Shown here in pieces: positions 44,046 through 49,410 of a stretch of 49,410 nt of DNA. How positions within the stretch are numbered: position 1 is the stretch's first letter; each line of letters begins with the position of its first letter. The stretch comes from Craspedostauros australis. Lineage: Eukaryota. The position numbers and the translations under genes were made by a program. Location: the NCBI GenBank assembly GCA_030167865.1, contig JALAGF010003958.1:1-49410 (forward strand), given 5' to 3'. The notes beneath the pieces were generated by a model. That model was not told where the DNA came from, made no database searches, and saw only the letters and a list, made by a program, of their open reading frames with translations.

Positions 44046-47000
44046 ATGGCGGACGACCAAGATCACGTTGAAGATGTCGCGGATGACGACGAGGAGGAAG
44101 AGGAGGTCACCGACCTTTCCGACAGGTGGGTTCTTTTCTTCTCTCCGCATCATCTTTTGCTATTCTCTCTTCTCCCTTGCGTTGCGTTGTGTTGTGTTGT
44201 GTTGCGTTGCGTTGTGTTGTGTTGTGTTGTGTTGTGTTGTGTTGTGTTAGAAGACTTCGCATCAATTCCCGTTGCGCATCCTCCTGCTTGATGTCCTCCA
44301 TCGCACATGGGTCTTTGTCAGCATGGGATGCCTCTCCGTTTGGATGTGTCTGTCTCGAGGAGTTGGAGAGAGTCTTCAGATGATAGAGCATTGGACTTCA
44401 ATACTCCACCCGTAACTGCATCAACGTCAGCGCCAACATCAGCAATAGCATCACACCCCAAACTCTACCATTGCACTTTTACAAGCAACGCAATGCTCAC
44501 ATCACACCTGTTGCTTGCTCCTAACTCTCTGCTTTCAAATCCCGATACACCGTTCCCTGACGATACATCGGCGTTTATTACTGTCATATGCGTCATTCTT
44601 GGACGCGCAGCAACGTCTGCACCAAGTACCAGGAGGCCTCCAAAATCGTCAACCTCGCCTTGGAGGGACTCGTCACGCAATGCGTGCCAGGAGCCAAGGT
44701 CTTGGACCTCTGCGAGTTCGGGCACACCATCATGCAGACCCAGGCTGCCAAGCTCTACACCAAGAAAGTTGATGGCAAGCTCATCGACAGAGGAATCTCG
44801 TTCCCGGTCTGCATCTCCGTCAACGACATCGTTTGCAACCATTCGCCCCTTCCGGCCGAAGGAGTAAGTTCGTCAAGGCTGCATCCAGAGTAGTTGATGG
44901 CGGCTGTCGTTTCGTTGCAATGTTGTCGTGCTGGACTGCGATCGCGATTGCTGCTTGCTGTGCGACCCCGTCCGCAATGTTTCGCATTCCATTTGGAGGA
45001 GCAGTGGAGTTGTCCATGCTGTTGTCACTGTCATCGTCAATGTCATCCAAATCGACGCCATCGGTGGGATTGCATACGTTCATCCCAAGTCAAGATTTCG
45101 TTCGCCATTGATATCGGCTGTGGTGGTTGGTGCTATGGTATTGGATGACATCTCGGAACGTACGTGGATATCTTCATTTTGGAAAGGGAAGAGGACAACG
45201 CACAATTGTCAACGCTACGAACTGTGGAAAAGATAAGGTATCGCGATGCACAGCACGAAGCCGGCGAATCTTCGCACTCGGATGCGCCTTCACAGCTCGC
45301 ACTGGAACATCACGAGCACTAGCACTGTCAAACCCGCCACCAGCACCACCGCACCACCACTGATATCAAAGAAAGATGACAACAACCAGAACGAGAAAAT
45401 CCATGAGGCATGCATGCGCTTGCGTCTCTCAGTGGCGATGATGTTGATGACCTTGACTTTGACTTTGACAGAATTGTGGACCACAACCACAACAGAATGA
45501 AGTAGAGTGGAGTGGAGTGGAAGCACCGAACACACAACCTGTCTTGGCCGAACCAAGTGGACCACGAGCATGCCAAGTTCCTTCGCGGGAATGTCTTTGT
45601 TTTTGCCTTCGTGCAGCAAAGAACGCACGCATTGACTGGTACGCAGGCCGTCCTTCGTGAACAACAGGAAGATGAATGGGGATGGCCCACACGGTGTTGT
45701 CGCATCACCCTTCACGGGGTAGATCCTTCATCGGGCTGTTCCAGACGATTGTCGCTGCCAGATATCACGCGCGCTCATCGTCGTTTCCGTGCCATCGTCC
45801 CGTACGCATGCACGCGAAGCGAACAAGCTTCAGACCCTCTGTTTCCATGGTTACCTGGTGCGCGTGTTGGTAGCCTTCGTCACACCATCAGCATGCAACA
45901 ACCGATTCTACACCAAAGATGACCATCCGCAAATGCACATGAAGCTGATGTGACGGGATGGACCATTGATAACATCACCGACCAGCGCAATGCTCTTTCC
46001 TCGTTTGCACTCGAGCTCTCTCTCGCCGAGTGCAGCAGGGCGCGGCGCGTTTGGCGGTCCGAACGTCATCAACGGTCTATTTACAGCACTTCAACAGCAT
46101 GCCAAATTGCGATGCAACATACTACGTTGGGATCGGATGGATGGTTTTTGCTCTCATTGTTGCCATATTGGAGCAAACAGATGGATGCTTTATCGCACCG
46201 CGCTTGTTGCTTGTGCGTGCAAATTCGCTCTGTCGAGTTGAAGTCCGATTCATGCGCAATCTCTCAATTCATATACAACCAAGCTCACTTCTTTATCATC
46301 TGTTTTTCTTCTTGGCTCTCTTACGTCGGTTGCAACACCCCTTCGGTGCAAACATATTATTCTCTATGACTCGACCCAATGCTTTTCCAGGAGCCACTCA
46401 AGGCTGGTGATGTTGTGAAGATGGATTTGGGATGTCACATCGATGGATACATCGCCGTGGCTGCCCACACCTGCGTCGTCCCAACCGCAGCCGATGCCAC
46501 ACCAGAGGCAGACGACGAGCTTGGAAATGTTGCCGTCGCTGCCTACAACGCCATGCTGGTTGCTGCCAACTCCATCGCCGCTGGGGCCAACAACGATGAC
46601 GTCACCAAGGCCGTCGAGCGCGTCGCCGGAACCTACGACGTCACCCCAATTTCATCCGTTCGCATGCACCAAATGAAGAGATATGTGCTGGACGGTGTCA
46701 AGGAGGTCGCCCTCAAGGAGCCGCTCCCAGACGATGTCGAGGAGGAGAAGGTCCCGCCATGCACCTTCGAACAGTTCGAGGTCTACGCAGTCGATGTCGC
46801 CATGTCCACCGGGGACGGCAAGGCCCGTCCAGGCGAGCTCCGAACAACCATCTTCAAGCGCAACGTCGAGGCGCAGTACTTGCTCAAGACCAAGGCGGCA
46901 CGACAGGTCCTTGCCGAGGTGGATAAGAAATACCCAACCCTTCCATTCACGCTCCGCCACCTAAGCGACATCCGAACCGCTCGTCTGGGCATCAACGAAT

Positions 47001-47251
47001 GCATCACCCACGGATTGCTGACACCATACCCAAGCCTTCACGAATACTCCGGCAAGGTCGCCCACTTCAAGTGCACTGTTCTGCTGCTCCCATCCGGAAC
47101 ATCCCGAGTCACCGGACTCGCCCTCCCAGCCTACTTTAAGACCGAGAAGAAGCCAGACGAGGACACCCAGAAGTTTCTGGATGAAATCGCCGAGAAGGAA
47201 GCAAAGAAGGCCGCGAAGAAAGCCAAGAGGAAGAAGAAGAACAAGAAATAG
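44046..47251 (+). CDS. PA2G4: Proliferation-associated protein 2G4 / Ebp1 homolog (M24 pseudo-peptidase, ribosome-associated); exons 44046-44125, 44611-44863, 46391-47251
   Basis: Spliced DLSDS-NVCTKYQEASKIVN..GISFPVCISVNDIVCNHSP..LKAGDVVKMDLGCHIDGYIAVAAHT..LPFTLR..KCTVLLLPSG, with a Lys-rich C-terminus. Confidence 0.93.
44178..44248 (+). repeat. (GTTGT/GTTGC)n pentanucleotide microsatellite in PA2G4 intron 1
   Basis: About 14 tandem units are directly visible. Confidence 0.92.
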
Positions 47252-47496
47252 AGTAACCAAATTGCCGTCCCGCACGACAGTATGCTTATTCGCAATCCTG
47301 ATCACCAACCACCGTCGTTATGCGATGCTTTTGCCTGCTCTGGAGTGTTCGTGCACTTGCGCGTCGACAACAGGAGAAGCAAAGCGAACGTAAGCTGAGG
47401 GATGGACATGGCTGTGGACGAAAAACGGATATGCCAGGAAACTTCGCAACAACTGCACTTTGAAATAATAGACAAAAACACTAACTAATTCTTTCG

Positions 47497-47844
47497 CTAA
47501 AGCTTGGACCTTGGTTTCTTCATCTGCTTGCGCGTGGCATTCATCACCAACGTAAGCTTCATGGCAAGACCCATGTTGCCCTTGATCTTTAATTTGCCCT
47601 GCATGAATGCCTGCTGCGGCGTCAGCTTCTTGGCGAGAAGATCGTGGAACACTGACAACTTCGACGTGACGATCAGATCTGGCTTGTCCTTTGCCGCCGC
47701 TGTTGCTCCGTCTTTTGTGGCGTCAAGGTGGTGCTCCACGCCATCCAGTACGAACAGTGCCGTGGCATTGAACTTGCGCTTGACTTTGTCATCCACAGCA
47801 AGGTCCATGGCGGAAAAGATTTCTTGGGCTGTCGCGGCTGACAT
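47497..47844 (-). CDS. SCP2: Sterol carrier protein 2 (SCP2) domain protein, peroxisomal
   Basis: KKLTPQQAFMQGKLKIKGNMGLAMKL SCP2 signature and a C-terminal PTS1 tripeptide SKL. Confidence 0.93.
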   Translation of the reverse strand: MSAATAQEIFSAMDLAVDDKVKRKFNATALFVLDGVEHHLDATKDGATAAAKDKPDLIVTSKLSVFHDLLAKKLTPQQAFMQGKLKIKGNMGLAMKLTLVMNATRKQMKKPRSKL

Positions 47845-48280
47845 GGTGGATTGTTCGTCTGCTGTGTATTATATCAACAACGGGACCTTCTGCAGTTGTT
47901 CGTGACGGAGGGCGTGTGGTCGAATGGAATCAGCGGAACTGTGGCTTGGTATGGTATGGTTTGGTGTTGGTGCTGGCATGACAGGTGTGTGAACAGACGT
48001 GTGAGACGATTTGTCGAACTGCGACGCAGGTGCGGCTAATTCCCAACAACGCGAAATGGCGCCAACCACTTGGCTACGTTGTTCCTGGTGAAAGTAATCG
48101 CTTTAGTCTTTCATAGACAGAAAATACAAATATAGATGATGTCAGTTCGACATTCTTCAATTGTCAGTTTGCAATGTTATCTGTTCGATGACTTGCTTGT
48201 CAGTCTGAGAAAACGATCGTTTGTTCCAAACCAATGTCGGGTGAATACGGCTATTTCATTATTACCGCAGCTCCATCAGC

Positions 48281-49410
48281 GATCATCGACTACTTCGACA
48301 AACTTCTTAGCATTCTGTCACAAAATGAGAACCACCCATCGCAAACACGCAAACACACCAACACACCAACACCACCCAAATCTCCATGTCTCTTGGCTTG
48401 CAACACGACAGGTGCATGACCACCACTAACATCAACATCAACATCAACATCAACATCGCCGTCAACATCAGTATCAACGTGGAGATCACCACCATACCAT
48501 CACCTCTCTCTTTCACACTGCCTAATCCAATCCAATCCAATCCAATCCATTACAATCCATTGTAATCCAATCGAACAACGACACCACAGGTCTCCAGTGC
48601 AGCATGAGGAGGTCAATTGGCAGACGGTTGGTTGCCTCCCACCTTCGCAGCCTTCGCAGCCTTTCGAGGACCGCCATCTGCTCGGGAGACGCAGTGCAGG
48701 CGAGGTCCAGCCTGCCGTTTTCCTCGTGCACGAGGAATACAACGCTCGCGGGCACATCTGACATCACGACCGCTCCATCTACGTGGAATACGTACAGACG
48801 GCTCTCTGCATCCACGCAACCGTCTGCACCAGGAGCCACTCCTCCCAGCGATGCAACTACTGCAGCTGACACTACCACCACCAGCAGTGGCAATAGCGGC
48901 AACACCAGCAACCAGAGCCTGTCCGCATCCACCAACGAATTCCTTGAGAGCCTGAAGCAACCCAACCGCGATCCCAACAGGCAGTACAGCGAGGAGTGCT
49001 ACCGACTGCTGGAGGCATGGATGCATGTGGCACGGACTCACAAGAGCCATCGTGCTGCCAAGGATGGCGAAGCGCTGTTGCTGGCTGTGGAGGATGAGAT
49101 CATGGAGGGATTGGAGCAAAATCAAATGACGGAATCCAAACAATCCAAACAACCCAATGCTCTGCGAACATCGCGGTTGCACTACGATCTCATCCTCAAT
49201 GCGTACGGCTCCTGTTCTGCCTCCGTGGAGGTCGCAGAGTCGGCCGAGCGTTTGTTGGGAGAGATGATATCGAATGCTGGGCAGAGGAAGGAAGTTCGAC
49301 CCAACACCAAGAGCTTCAACATCGTCATTTACTGCTGGGCGAAGAGCAAGTCTCCGGATGCTGCCATGCATGTTCAGCGGCTGTATCAGCAGATGCAACG
49401 CTACCATCAG
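48281..49410. repeat. Right arm of the window-bracketing inverted repeat (partner 1-1115)
   Basis: Reverse complement of the left arm, starting at gatcatcgactacttcgac (48281) and ending at exactly the base corresponding to position 1. Confidence 0.97.
48604..49410 (+). CDS. Pentatricopeptide repeat (PPR) protein, probably mitochondrion-targeted; 5' part only, copy B (runs off the window)
   Basis: ATG at 48604 opens 269 stop-free codons, MRRSIGRRLVASHLRSLRSLSRT... to RPNTKSFNIVIYCWAKSKSPDAAMHVQRLYQQMQRYHQ. It is identical to copy A after codon 52. Confidence 0.85.
   Translation, partial: MRRSIGRRLVASHLRSLRSLSRTAICSGDAVQARSSLPFSSCTRNTTLAGTSDITTAPSTWNTYRRLSASTQPSAPGATPPSDATTAADTTTTSSGNSGNTSNQSLSASTNEFLESLKQPNRDPNRQYSEECYRLLEAWMHVARTHKSHRAAKDGEALLLAVEDEIMEGLEQNQMTESKQSKQPNALRTSRLHYDLILNAYGSCSASVEVAESAERLLGEMISNAGQRKEVRPNTKSFNIVIYCWAKSKSPDAAMHVQRLYQQMQRYHQ

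Noticed and set aside
32962-47844. Lipid-metabolism gene cluster (P450, MPC, SCP2)
   Set aside because: The genes act in different compartments, are interspersed with unrelated genes, and no biosynthetic core enzyme is present.
1-49410. Giant TIR transposon, Polinton/Maverick, or linear plasmid/virus suggested by the terminal inverted repeats
   Set aside because: No transposase, integrase, protein-primed polymerase, packaging ATPase or capsid gene is present. The cargo is intron-containing housekeeping genes, and the repeats are gene fragments cut mid-CDS rather than element termini.

Overview
Gene-dense eukaryotic nuclear DNA, most likely from a diatom or another photosynthetic stramenopile. 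That placement is inferred from spliceosomal introns, bipartite signal+transit plastid presequences, a diatom-style PPR protein and RXL motifs. I can support about 19 protein-coding genes: plastid ClpP, poly(A) polymerase, a small aureochrome-like bZIP fragment, a 2OG-Fe(II) oxygenase, a DUF2431/Bmt5-like methyltransferase, a PH-like NPF/DPF protein, a Ser/Thr kinase, a plastid hypothetical protein, RRS1, a PrsW-like membrane protein, a Cys-rich KH protein, a cytochrome P450, a fused MPC1-MPC2 carrier, a small Zn-finger CaaX protein, AlaRS, PA2G4/Ebp1, peroxisomal SCP2, and two partial PPR genes. The most striking structure is that the whole window is bracketed by a ~1.1 kb inverted repeat (1-1115 and 48281-49410). 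Each arm carries the upstream region and first 269 codons of the same outward-facing, apparently mitochondrion-targeted PPR gene, which the ORF track misses. The arms are identical over the outer 653 bp, differ at 8 positions in the presequence-coding part, and diverge further in the non-coding part. I found no transposase, integrase, tRNA, rRNA or CRISPR array. All splice models and domain calls were made by eye without database searches.
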